64,000 nt of DNA, from the NCBI GenBank assembly GCA_041665485.1, contig JBAYIT010000002.1, forward strand, positions 261,867 through 325,866, given 5' to 3'. A program made the position numbers and the translations under genes. This DNA is from Candidatus Shapirobacteria bacterium (lineage in GTDB: Bacteria > Patescibacteriota > Microgenomatia > UBA12405). Under the pieces are notes generated by a model. The model was not told where the DNA came from, ran no database searches, and was given only the letters and a program-made list of their open reading frames with translations. The number at the start of each line of letters is the position of its first letter. Positions within the stretch are counted from its first letter, which is position 1. Below are positions 18,529 to 26,745 of this stretch, one piece after another.

Positions 18529-19359
18529 TTATTCTATCTTATTTAGAAAAAAAGCTACTAACACTCCTAAAAACAAAAATGGGCCAAATGGGATGGGTGA
18601 TTTTAGTTTCTTTTTATTAAAGGCCAACATCACCACCCCTACTATCGCTCCGGCAATAAATGCCACATAAAAAGCAATTATCAACCCCCGGCCACCCAAC
18701 AATAAACCCATAAACAAGGCTAACTTTACATCTCCTAGCCCCATTCCTTTGCCCTTAGTTATTAAATGTAACCCGCCCAAAAACGCCACTCCGCCTGCTC
18801 CTGCCAGCAATTTATCAACACTAAAGCCCATCATTAACGCCAAAATTATCAGCGCCACCGTCGCCCCATCCGGCAAAATCATATACTTCAAATCAATTAT
18901 TGTCGCAAACACTATTACTCCAATCATTACTAAGCTTAGCCCCAACAAAAGTAAATTTTGTAAATTTGGTAATTTGGAAATTGTTTGGAAATTGTATATT
19001 TGTAATTTGTAACTTATTAAAAAAAGCATCCCATTACCAAATTCGACTATAGGGTATTGAAGGGGTAGGGGAGTCTGGCAACACCTCGACCTTCCTCCTT
19101 GTATTAACCAAGAAATTACCGGTATATTTTCAAACCATCTCAACTGCCTCCCGCACCCATCACAAAACGACCTCTTGTTCGTCATTGCGATCCGCCGGCT
19201 GGCGGAGAAGCAATCCCGTTGAGATCGCCACGGCCTTCGGCCTCGCGATGACGTTAGTTTATTGTTTATCGCAAAGCGATAGACAGCCATATTCACAAAA
19301 CTCCCCACACACAATCCCAAAATAAAAACAATGAATTGAAAAAAAAGAATCACCACCAA
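18529..19359 (-). CDS. pilD: Prepilin peptidase (A24 family, PilD/GspO)
   Basis: TM1 LGLCVGSFVNMAVYRF. Zn-binding CDGCGRQ...GGRSRCC. Motifs YPIVEF, IDLKYMILPD and GMGLGDVKL (the two catalytic Asp regions). TTG start. Confidence 0.8.
   Translation of the reverse strand: MVVILFFQFIVFILGLCVGSFVNMAVYRFAINNKLTSSRGRRPWRSQRDCFSASRRIAMTNKRSFCDGCGRQLRWFENIPVISWLIQGGRSRCCQTPLPLQYPIVEFGNGMLFLISYKLQIYNFQTISKLPNLQNLLLLGLSLVMIGVIVFATIIDLKYMILPDGATVALIILALMMGFSVDKLLAGAGGVAFLGGLHLITKGKGMGLGDVKLALFMGLLLGGRGLIIAFYVAFIAGAIVGVVMLAFNKKKLKSPIPFGPFLFLGVLVAFFLNKIE
19180..19253 (-). repeat. 74-nt GC-rich nested-palindrome element embedded in-frame in pilD: outer stem CGTCATTGCGA/TCGCGATGACG; inner hairpins CCGCC-GGCT-GGCGG and GGCC-TTCG-GGCC
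   Basis: Read directly from the sequence. It encodes the cytoplasmic loop ...TSSRGRRPWRSQRDCFSASRRIAMTNK... The surrounding gene is AT-rich. Confidence 0.6.
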
Positions 19360-19361
19360 TC

Positions 19362-19607
19362 TTACCGTTTCTTGAAAATTTTATCCATTCCAACCCTTTT
19401 GTCATAATTCTTCATCGCTTCGGCCACTATTTTTTCCAACCTCTCTGTCGCTCTATAAATTTTTCCACTTTTTTCCTCTTTCTTCTCCACCAATAGATAC
19501 CTTATATAACTCGACACCGTCAATCCATTACTTTTAGCTTCCGCCAAAGCAAAATCTCTCAACTCAACCGGCAAATTAAATTTAACTTGAATTTGTTTTG
19601 TAATCAT
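19362..19607 (-). CDS. Ribbon-helix-helix (CopG/Arc-like) putative transcriptional regulator
   Basis: MITKQIQVKFNLPVELRDFALAEAKSNGLTVSSYIRYLL. The start is moved to the ATG at 19607 because TGTATAAT (rc of 19614-19621) lies 6 nt upstream. The ORF track start at 19625 would precede the promoter. Confidence 0.5.
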   Translation of the reverse strand: MITKQIQVKFNLPVELRDFALAEAKSNGLTVSSYIRYLLVEKKEEKSGKIYRATERLEKIVAEAMKNYDKRVGMDKIFKKR

Positions 19608-19655
19608 AAACCAATTATACACCAATAAAAGTACTTTTTAGTACTTTAATTTATA

Positions 19656-19694
19656 CCCCTTCTTGTCAAAGAAGGGGGAAAGGGGGAAGATTGG
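19656..19694 (+). repeat. Copy A of hairpin+AGGGGAGGATTGG intergenic element (CCCCTTCTTGTCAAAGAAGGGGGAAAGGGGGAAGATTGG)
   Basis: Read directly. About 85 percent identical to copy B at 25275-25312. Confidence 0.7.
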
Positions 19695-19700
19695 ACCACC

Positions 19701-19734
19701 AAAAACCCCCCCGACTTACGTCGGGAGGGTTTTT
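19701..19734. terminator. Bidirectional intrinsic terminator (AAAAA-CCCCCCCGAC-TTAC-GTCGGGAGGG-TTTTT) downstream of the major pilin gene
   Basis: A 9-10 bp GC stem flanked by an A-run and a T-run. Confidence 0.7.
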
Positions 19735-19754
19735 CATTTCCATCTAAATTCCCC

Positions 19755-20456
19755 CTACGGCACACACTTAAACAACGAAGTCGTTGGATTCGTAAAAGCA
19801 ACCACAGCATTTCCCGTAGTATCAAACATAGTTGAACCGGCATCCAACACAGCGCTTGGTATGCAAAGATTTGGATCAATAGAAGCACCTGTACACCCCG
19901 TAAAAGTAATTTGTTTTAAGTTGTTTGCCCGAGTGCGATTCGATTTCGCTTTGGGAACAAAACAAACATAAATAGAATTATGTCCTAATTGAGCATCGGC
20001 CTTGTACATATATAACAACTTATCAAACGATACTTGACCAGCTCCACCACCAACAACCTTGCCGTAACCTTTTTGTAAAAATGAATTTTTAAGTTCATCA
20101 GAAGAAACCAAAGCCCCCATTTGGTCATACGACGAACACTGAGTAGTGACATCTGCACCAGTAGACCCTTCACCCATTCCACACAATCCAAAACCAATCG
20201 TGTTACTAATCGCACCAAAAGCATCATCCGTCAAAATACTCGGATCAATTACACCCCATGGATAAGAACTATTGTTAGTGTAATACCTCTCATAAGCGTT
20301 CAAAACTTCACCGGCATCGTTGGAAGTATTAGCATCGGTTGCTTTATTCCTCTGCTCGATTGGATTAATGGTTGCCAGAACGCCGACGGACAGAATGGCA
20401 ATCAGCGAAATGACGATCAGAAGTTCGACTAACGTAAAACCTTTTTGGTTGTGCAT
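19755..20456 (-). CDS. Type IV pilin (largest, 233 aa; candidate major pilin)
   Basis: MHNQKGFTLVELLIVISLIAILSVGVLATINPIEQ. It has its own terminator and TTTATAAAG-repeat promoter region. Confidence 0.8.
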   Translation of the reverse strand: MHNQKGFTLVELLIVISLIAILSVGVLATINPIEQRNKATDANTSNDAGEVLNAYERYYTNNSSYPWGVIDPSILTDDAFGAISNTIGFGLCGMGEGSTGADVTTQCSSYDQMGALVSSDELKNSFLQKGYGKVVGGGAGQVSFDKLLYMYKADAQLGHNSIYVCFVPKAKSNRTRANNLKQITFTGCTGASIDPNLCIPSAVLDAGSTMFDTTGNAVVAFTNPTTSLFKCVP

Positions 20457-20504
20457 TTTTTCTTTTTACTTTATAAACTTTTTACTTTATAAACTTTATA
20501 CTAA

Positions 20505-21716
20505 TTAGAACGATGATGTCAAGTTATAGATTGGCATAATCACGGCGATTACCAAAAAAGCCACTCCAATCCCTAGCACTATCATAATCAATGGCTCAAT
20601 CGCCGAAGTCAAAGATTTAACCGACTGGTCTGCCTCCACCGAAAAATAATCAGCCACTTTCATTAAGACCTCATCAAGTTTTCCAGTCGATTCGCCGGTT
20701 TCTACCATCTGGTTAACAATCATTGGAAACACCGCTGTCTCAGCAAACGAATCAGCAATTGAAAAACCTTTCTGGACTCTTTCCGATATCCGCCCATAAG
20801 CCCGGTAGAAAACCTCGTTTCCCGCCACCTTGGCCACAATTTTTAGCGAATCCACCAGTTGCACTCCCGCCGACAACAACATCGACAACGTTCTGACAGT
20901 ATTAGCCACCACTGTAATTTTTACCAAATATCCGGCAATCGGTAACTTCATTAGCAATTCGTCTCGTTTTAACCGAAAATCCGGAATCTTGTCTCCCATT
21001 TTCATTCCCCAAACTAGGCCCAAAACCCCAATTGGTATCAAAAACCAAGTCTTGATCATAAAGTTAGAAAGCGTCATCAATATTACAGTTGCCATCGGCA
21101 ACTTCGAGCCAAAATCGGTGTAAAGGCTCATCAACTTTGGCACCACAAACACCATCATAATAATCGCCACCACCACCATTCCCAAAATTACGATAACCGG
21201 ATAAATCATTGCTCCTTTAACTTTTCCCCGAAATTCGGCATCTTTCTCTAAGTCATCTGCCAGCCTCACCAATACTTTATCGATCACCCCTCCTTCTTCT
21301 CCGGCTTCAATTGAAGCAATATAGGCCTCCCCAAAAACATCCTTATATTTGGCAAAGGCCTGCCCCAACGGCCTCCCTCCCCGAACAGAAGCCAATGAAA
21401 ATTCCATAATCTCCGTCATTTTTGTTCTCTTTGCCGATTGGCTCTTCAAAAGCTGTAATGCCTCCGTTAGTGGCAATCCCGCCGTCATCATCGTCGATAA
21501 TTGCCTTGTCATCATTGCCACCTCCTTCAAACCCACTCTTCCTGTCACCTTCGACATTAACTCTGAAAGAAAACTATCTTTTGACTCGCTTATCGATAGG
21601 GGAATCAGGCCACCACCCCTAATCGACTCCAAAACTTCCGCCTGGCTACCCATCTCAAGCTCTCCTGAAACTTGTTTACCCGTCCAATCTTTTGCTTTAT
21701 ATAAAAACTTTGTCAT
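20505..21716 (-). CDS. pilC: Type IV pilus inner-membrane platform protein PilC (GspF family)
   Basis: 403 aa with two GspF-type repeats and TM segments. Confidence 0.8.
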   Translation of the reverse strand: MTKFLYKAKDWTGKQVSGELEMGSQAEVLESIRGGGLIPLSISESKDSFLSELMSKVTGRVGLKEVAMMTRQLSTMMTAGLPLTEALQLLKSQSAKRTKMTEIMEFSLASVRGGRPLGQAFAKYKDVFGEAYIASIEAGEEGGVIDKVLVRLADDLEKDAEFRGKVKGAMIYPVIVILGMVVVAIIMMVFVVPKLMSLYTDFGSKLPMATVILMTLSNFMIKTWFLIPIGVLGLVWGMKMGDKIPDFRLKRDELLMKLPIAGYLVKITVVANTVRTLSMLLSAGVQLVDSLKIVAKVAGNEVFYRAYGRISERVQKGFSIADSFAETAVFPMIVNQMVETGESTGKLDEVLMKVADYFSVEADQSVKSLTSAIEPLIMIVLGIGVAFLVIAVIMPIYNLTSSF

Positions 21717-22785
21717 CTTTTGTTACTTTTCCAATCAGTCGATTTTGTAATTCCGTCGGCCTCAAACAATAACTTTCTGCCACCTCTTGAGTTATTTTAC
21801 CCTTCTTTACCAACATCGCCAAATATGCCTCCAGGCTAATCATCCCCGCATCAGCGCTGGTGGAAATAACATTGTCGATCATAAAAGTTTTCCCTTCCCG
21901 AATTATGTTTTTAATTGCCGGTGTCACTACCATTAATTCCAGCGCCGGTATTCTTCCTCCATCCACTGCCGGCACCAACCGCTGCGAAATCACCGCCGTC
22001 AACGTCTCGGCCAGTTGGACCCGAATCTGGTCCTGCGATCCTTCGGGAAACACATCCACAATTCTGTCAATCGTTTGTGAAGCCGAATTAGTGTGCAAGG
22101 TAGAAAACACCAAATGTCCGGTTTCTGCAATCGTCAGTGCCGAGCCAATTGTTTCTAAATCCCGCATTTCTCCCACAAATACCACATTCGGATCCTGCCG
22201 TAAAACTGATCGCAATGCCGGCCCAAAGCCATTAGTGTCAAAGCCAACTTCCCGCTGGGAAATCAACGCCTTAACTGGCTTAAGTTGATATTCGATTGGA
22301 TCTTCAATCGTCACAATATGAACATTTTTATTGTGGTTAATCGAGTCCAAAAGGCTAGCCACTGTCGTCGACTTGCCGTGCCCCGTCGGTCCGGTTACCA
22401 AAATAAAGCCCTGCTTTCTGTCAATTATATTTAGTAAAATGTCTGGCATATTTAATTCCGACAATGGCGGAACAACTGAGGCCACCACCCTCAAGGCTGC
22501 TGCCACCCGCCCTTGAACCAGAAACACATTAGCCCTAAACCGAGCCTCATCAATTTTTACCGAAAAATCAAGTTCTTTTTTACTTTCAAATTCATCCACT
22601 AAAACTTTGGGGGCCAAACTCAAAATTATTTGTGCCATTTCCGTCTCATTTCCAGCGCTAAAATTGGCAATTTCAATCATCTCACCATTAACTCTCAATT
22701 TTGGTGTCGCCCCCGCCAACAGATGTATATCTGACGCCTTATTGGCCACCGCCATTTTCAAAAGCTCTTCTATTCTTTTATCCAT
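21697..22785 (-). CDS. pilT: Twitching-motility/retraction ATPase PilT
   Basis: 362 aa. MDKRIEELLKMAVANKASDIHL... with Walker A GPTGHGKST. Confidence 0.8.
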   Translation of the reverse strand: MDKRIEELLKMAVANKASDIHLLAGATPKLRVNGEMIEIANFSAGNETEMAQIILSLAPKVLVDEFESKKELDFSVKIDEARFRANVFLVQGRVAAALRVVASVVPPLSELNMPDILLNIIDRKQGFILVTGPTGHGKSTTVASLLDSINHNKNVHIVTIEDPIEYQLKPVKALISQREVGFDTNGFGPALRSVLRQDPNVVFVGEMRDLETIGSALTIAETGHLVFSTLHTNSASQTIDRIVDVFPEGSQDQIRVQLAETLTAVISQRLVPAVDGGRIPALELMVVTPAIKNIIREGKTFMIDNVISTSADAGMISLEAYLAMLVKKGKITQEVAESYCLRPTELQNRLIGKVTKDDKVFI

Positions 22786-22865
22786 ATGTTAATACTACAA
22801 GAATTTCAATTTAAAATTTGAATTTAAAAATTGATTAAAAATTAAAAATTTAAAATTAAAAATTA

Positions 22866-24608
22866 TTAATATTGCGCTACTCGTAGCACTTCATCCAAAG
22901 TCGTTACTCCCTCCAAAACTTTCACATACCCATCCTGCTTCATCGTCAGCATCCCTTCTTCCATCGCCTGTTTTTGAATTTCCGAAGCCGCTACTTTTTC
23001 CACAATTAATTTACTCAACCTCTCTGTCACCGGCATTACCTCATAAATAGCGATTCTTCCTAGGTATCCAGTATTGTTGCATTTCTCACACCCCACAATT
23101 TTGGGCAACATTAGTTTTTTCCCGTCTTTTTGCCACCTCTCCTCAATCATTTTATAAATTGGCCCCAATGTTGTTTTAAGCTCACTTTCAATCTCCGGCG
23201 GAATCTCTGCTTGAGTCACACAATCGTGGCAAACCTTTCTCAACACCCGCTGGCCCACTACACAATTAAGAGATGACACTAACAAAAATGGCTCCACTCC
23301 CATATCCAAAAGTCTCGGTGGCACCCCCGAAGCATCATTAGTATGTAGAGTAGAGAACACTAAATGCCCGGTCAGTGCCGCATTAATTGCCAATTCTGCT
23401 GTTTCCGTATCCCGAATTTCTCCCACCATGATTACATTTGGATCCTGCCGCAAAAAAGATCGCAGTGCCGAAGCAAAAGTCAACCCTGCCTGAACATTTA
23501 CCTGAACTTGATTGACCCCTTTCATCTGATATTCCACCGGGTCCTCAATTGTCATCACGTTTACCTTCGACGTCGATACAATATCTAGAACCGAATACAA
23601 TGTGGTTGTTTTTCCCGATCCTGTCGGCCCGCAGACAATAATAATTCCGTGCGGCCTTTCAATACTGGTCATTAAATTCTTAAGGGCTAGACCCCTTAAG
23701 CCCAACTCCGGTAGTGTCGGCACTTTTTGCGATTTTTTTAGCAACCGCATTACAATTTTTTCCCCATAAGTTGTCGGCAAAGTTGATACCCGCAAGTCTA
23801 CATCATTACCATCCGAACTAAAGAAAAATCGTCCGTCCTGAGGAACTCTTTTCTCATCAATTTTCAAAGCTGACAGAATTTTAATTCTCGATGCCACCGC
23901 ATCATGAACATTCCGAGGTAATATGTATTTTTCTTGTAAAATACCGTCTATTCTATATCTAATCCGCACATTTTCTTCCTGGGGTTCAATGTGCACATCC
24001 GACGCCCTCGACTTAACTGCATATTCCAAAATCGTCGATACAATTCTGGCCACCGGAGCTTCAGAACTAACCTTTTTGCCTATTTCCACCGCCATTTTTT
24101 CTTCATCTTCTTTTCTCTCATCCAAAGCCCTGGTAACCTCCGACGTGATTCCTTTCTCTCTCTGGTACTTTTCCACCAAAAAGCTATTTACCTGTTTTTC
24201 CACCGCCATTGAAACTTTTACCTTAAATCCCGTTCTTTTTTCCAAAAATTCAATTGTTTCCAAGTCAAGCGGGTTAACCATCGCCACCATCAATGTCTGA
24301 TTTTTGGCATCCAGATCAAAAGGAACAACTCGATATTTTTCCGCCACACTCTCCGGAACCAAAGTAATTGCCTCCGGGGAAAAACCAATTGTTTCCAAGT
24401 CCACAAACGGCACCCGCAAAAACGCTGCCTTTGCCTTGACAAACTCAACCTCATTTACCACCCGCAACGACTTAATTATTTCTTCTTCTGCCTGCCCCGT
24501 TTTCACCACCGACAATCCAATCTCCTCAAACTTCTTCTGGTCAATCATTCCCCATTCAAGAAGCGCTTCCGCTATACTTCGATAGATCTTATTATTGGTA
24601 TCGGCCAT
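22866..24608 (-). CDS. pilB: Type IV pilus assembly ATPase PilB (GspE family) with N-terminal domain
   Basis: 580 aa with Walker A GPTGSGKTTT. Confidence 0.8.
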   Translation of the reverse strand: MADTNNKIYRSIAEALLEWGMIDQKKFEEIGLSVVKTGQAEEEIIKSLRVVNEVEFVKAKAAFLRVPFVDLETIGFSPEAITLVPESVAEKYRVVPFDLDAKNQTLMVAMVNPLDLETIEFLEKRTGFKVKVSMAVEKQVNSFLVEKYQREKGITSEVTRALDERKEDEEKMAVEIGKKVSSEAPVARIVSTILEYAVKSRASDVHIEPQEENVRIRYRIDGILQEKYILPRNVHDAVASRIKILSALKIDEKRVPQDGRFFFSSDGNDVDLRVSTLPTTYGEKIVMRLLKKSQKVPTLPELGLRGLALKNLMTSIERPHGIIIVCGPTGSGKTTTLYSVLDIVSTSKVNVMTIEDPVEYQMKGVNQVQVNVQAGLTFASALRSFLRQDPNVIMVGEIRDTETAELAINAALTGHLVFSTLHTNDASGVPPRLLDMGVEPFLLVSSLNCVVGQRVLRKVCHDCVTQAEIPPEIESELKTTLGPIYKMIEERWQKDGKKLMLPKIVGCEKCNNTGYLGRIAIYEVMPVTERLSKLIVEKVAASEIQKQAMEEGMLTMKQDGYVKVLEGVTTLDEVLRVAQY

Positions 24609-25260
24609 GTCTAATAATCATATTACCCCAAATTACATCTTCCCGGCTACTCTAATCGTCGGCCCCAGCCCACAGAGTCTAATTAACGATCTCCTCAAAC
24701 AACTTGGTCATCCCTCCCAAAACTCAAACCCAGACATTCTCACGATTAATGATTCGTCCGGCTGGTCAATTGAAACAATCCGTCAAATAAGGCTGTTTTT
24801 TAGTCAAAAGCCATTTTCCCATTCCACTCGCCTCTGCTTAGTTTTTAACGCGGAAAACCTGGAAAATCCAGCCCAAAACGCGCTTCTTAAAATCCTCGAA
24901 GAGCCCGGGGAGAACAACTACATTATCCTAAATAGCCAAAAACTAGGCAGTCTTCTTCCCACCATTCTTTCCCGTTGTCACGTCATTAATCTCAAATCAG
25001 AAATCACCACTAATTCAGTTACGCCCATTCCTCAAGAATTAAAACAACGCCTACTCTTATCAGACAAACTTGGATTCGATAAAACCACCATCAAATCCTG
25101 GTTAGAATCGGAATTGTCTGCCCTCCAAAAACTTTTAGTCAAACAGCCAACTCCGGAAATTTCTACCAACATTAAAAACATAATCAAGGCTATTGACATG
25201 ATTAACCACAGAGTCGACCCCCGCTCCGCCCTCGACTTCTATCTCTTGTCTTTTAAATAA
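24607..25260 (+). CDS. holB: DNA polymerase III delta-prime-like subunit (clamp-loader, short form)
   Basis: TILSRCHVINL, an SRC motif. The first ATG (MSNNH...) at 24607 overlaps the pilB ATG on the opposite strand within CCATGT. The ORF track TTG at 24595 is less likely. Confidence 0.5.
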   Translation: MSNNHITPNYIFPATLIVGPSPQSLINDLLKQLGHPSQNSNPDILTINDSSGWSIETIRQIRLFFSQKPFSHSTRLCLVFNAENLENPAQNALLKILEEPGENNYIILNSQKLGSLLPTILSRCHVINLKSEITTNSVTPIPQELKQRLLLSDKLGFDKTTIKSWLESELSALQKLLVKQPTPEISTNIKNIIKAIDMINHRVDPRSALDFYLLSFK

Positions 25261-25274
25261 AAAACATAAAATTT

Positions 25275-25312
25275 CCCCCTCCTTGTCAAAGGAGGGGTTA
25301 GGGGAGGATTGG
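25275..25312 (+). repeat. Copy B of hairpin+AGGGGAGGATTGG element (CCCCCTCCTTGTCAAAGGAGGGGTTAGGGGAGGATTGG)
   Basis: Read directly from the sequence. Confidence 0.7.
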
Positions 25313-25354
25313 ATTCTTATTCCCGCATTATCCCCTCATCGTCAAAACCAAAAG

Positions 25355-25363
25355 TGCTATAAT
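25355..25363 (+). promoter_or_regulatory. Extended -10 TGCTATAAT located 8 nt upstream of the Fic GTG start
   Basis: Read directly from the sequence. Confidence 0.5.
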
Positions 25364-25371
25364 AACCCAGA

Positions 25372-26499
25372 GTGTTTTCACCCATATTTACCATCAATCA
25401 CCGGATTTTAAAAAACATCGGCTCAACTGAAGCCGCTAAAGCGATTATAGAGGAAGCTCCACTGATTCCTGCCTACGAGAAACAATTCCAGCTCGACGCC
25501 GTTGTCAGAACCGTCCATTATGGCACCAGAATTGAAGGTAACGACCTTACTTTCCAGGAAGTTGCCAAATTAGTCGAAGGTAAAACCATCACCGCCACCG
25601 ACCGTGATATTCAAGAAGTTATCAACTATAGAAGCGTTGTTGCCTACCTTGAAGAACTCTGGTCCCTTTACGACGCTGGTATGCCCCTCCCCGAAGAAAA
25701 ATCGGTACCCACCACTGATTCCCGTCGCCCTTTCTTCTACAGTGAAACAATCATCAAAAGGATCCACTCCCTAACCACTCAAAAAATTATCCCCGAATCA
25801 GAAACCGGCAAATATCGCCACCAACAAGTTGTTTTGAAAAACACTAAAACCGGAGAAATCGCCCACCGCCCGCCACCGGCCCTCGAAGTTCCCTATCTCA
25901 TTGCCGATCTAGTCGCTTGGCTCAACTTTCCCGGAGCCAGAGAAATCCACCCCGTTATTCGCTCAGCTATCTGCCAATACCTCCTGGTTGCTATCCATCC
26001 CTTTATTGAAGGCAATGGTCGCACCAGTCGGGCTTTTGCCATGTTGCCACTTTATTCCGAAGGTTATGACATTAAACGTCTTTTTTCCCTCGAGGAGTAT
26101 TTCGATCGTAATGCTGAAAGTTACTACAATACCATTCAAGCCACCCACGAACTTTCTTCCGACATTTTTAAGCGTGATTTGACTGCCTGGATTGAATACT
26201 TTTCCGAAGCCCTAAGCATTGAGCTCACTCGGGTCAAAGAAAAAGTTCAAAGTCTTTCCCGCGACCTCCGCTTAAAGCAAAAGCTTGGTGGCAAACAAGT
26301 TCCTCTCACTGAAAGACAAATAAAATTAGTCGAATACATGCAACAATTCGGCGGTTTGCGTATGCCCGATGCACAGGAGCTTCTTCCCATGGTCTCCGAC
26401 GACACCATTTGGCGCGACCTGAAAAAACTGGTCGACGACAAAGTGGTTGAGAAAAAAGGCTCCACTAAAGGCGCCTACTACTGCCTCACCTCCGTCTAA
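25372..26499 (+). CDS. Fic/Doc (Fido) family protein with N-terminal inhibitory-helix-like IEGN motif and C-terminal wHTH-like region
   Basis: Active-site HPFIEGNGRTSRAF, the Fic motif HPFx[DE]GNGR. N-terminal GTRIEGNDLTFQEV. Confidence 0.75.
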   Translation: MFSPIFTINHRILKNIGSTEAAKAIIEEAPLIPAYEKQFQLDAVVRTVHYGTRIEGNDLTFQEVAKLVEGKTITATDRDIQEVINYRSVVAYLEELWSLYDAGMPLPEEKSVPTTDSRRPFFYSETIIKRIHSLTTQKIIPESETGKYRHQQVVLKNTKTGEIAHRPPPALEVPYLIADLVAWLNFPGAREIHPVIRSAICQYLLVAIHPFIEGNGRTSRAFAMLPLYSEGYDIKRLFSLEEYFDRNAESYYNTIQATHELSSDIFKRDLTAWIEYFSEALSIELTRVKEKVQSLSRDLRLKQKLGGKQVPLTERQIKLVEYMQQFGGLRMPDAQELLPMVSDDTIWRDLKKLVDDKVVEKKGSTKGAYYCLTSV

Positions 26500-26672
26500 A
26501 CTTCTTGTGTGGGACTTTTATTCCCAATTCATCAAGCCGATTGTAAATCCTAGTCATTAAATCAATCATATTTTCATCTATTATTCGACCAACCTTTTCC
26601 GAAATACATGCCACCAAAGCCTTAGTTCTCTCCGTGTCCATACTAAAATCTTATCATCAAATTATCTTTATT

Positions 26673-26726
26673 CCCCCTCTTGCCTGCCCGCCTCTGGAGG
26701 GTTAAAGAGGGAATAGGGGAGATTGG
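26673..26726 (+). repeat. Copy C of hairpin+AGGGGAGATTGG element with ~20-nt insertion in the loop
   Basis: CCCCCTCTTG[CCTGCCCGCCTCTGGAGGGTT]AAAGAGGGAATAGGGGAGATTGG. Confidence 0.6.
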
Positions 26727-26745
26727 TTTAATGTAAAATAGTCTC

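Noticed and set aside
18420-18620. His-rich ORF MYHRNRVNCHHHNHHHDRQNRYHNHY
   Set aside because: It is antisense to the MIVMVIMV hydrophobic N-terminus of the pilin at 17853-18524, so it is an artefact.
26486-26638. 51-aa minus-strand ORF convergent with Fic 3' end (possible Fic antitoxin)
   Set aside because: It has no (S/T)xxxE(G/N) inhibitory motif, and the Fic protein already carries an N-terminal IEGN inhibitory helix. The arrangement is convergent rather than operonic.
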